NCBI GenBank assembly: GCA_964187785.1
Contig: OZ076415.1
Coordinates: forward strand, 53,196,001-53,260,000
Reading direction: 5' to 3'
Length of the DNA: 64,000 nucleotides
DNA from: Amphiscolops sp. MND2022
Lineage: Eukaryota
The position numbers were made by a program, and so were the translations under genes. This document shows positions 63,901-64,000 of this stretch, in pieces (position 1 is the stretch's first letter; each line of letters begins with the position of its first letter). The notes under the pieces are model-generated. The model ran no database searches. It was given only the letters and a program-made list of their open reading frames with translations, and was not told the origin of the DNA.

Positions 63901-64000
63901 TATATTTTACTATCAGCCTTACTGTTGATAAAGTTATTGGGACAATTCAAATATTTCCCCAAAAGAGACCTTTATGCTTTCCACAAGAAGACAGAAAGCG

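Overview
AT-rich animal-type genomic DNA with short spliceosomal introns, mostly nested transposable elements plus two clear host genes. Host genes: (i) the 3' seven exons of an unidentified minus-strand gene (2630-196), with one GC-AG intron; (ii) a complete 6-exon WTAP/Fl(2)d homologue (38519-56365) whose 15-kb third intron hosts a near-intact Helentron. The Helentron carries a spliced RPA70-like gene and a polyprotein with two tandem USP (peptidase C19) domains, Zn-finger, HUH Rep, PIF1 helicase and AP-like endonuclease. Other elements: an old full-length BEL/Pao element (13247-20314); a degenerate CRE-clade non-LTR element preceded by an SGNH-esterase-like ORF (22134-25696); a MULE transposon (26247-37380, 10-bp TSD) split by a tandem BEL/Pao array; copia, hAT and CRE remnants; several MITE/HINE-like repeats. 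The top observation is that the 1.88-kb LTR of the second BEL family carries an antisense KDM2/KDM7-like JmjC demethylase ORF with all iron ligands (HxD...H), its own splice acceptor and a poly(A) signal. It is present in both LTR copies and interrupted by one shared TGA. All assignments come from manual translation and motif recognition; no database searches were run.
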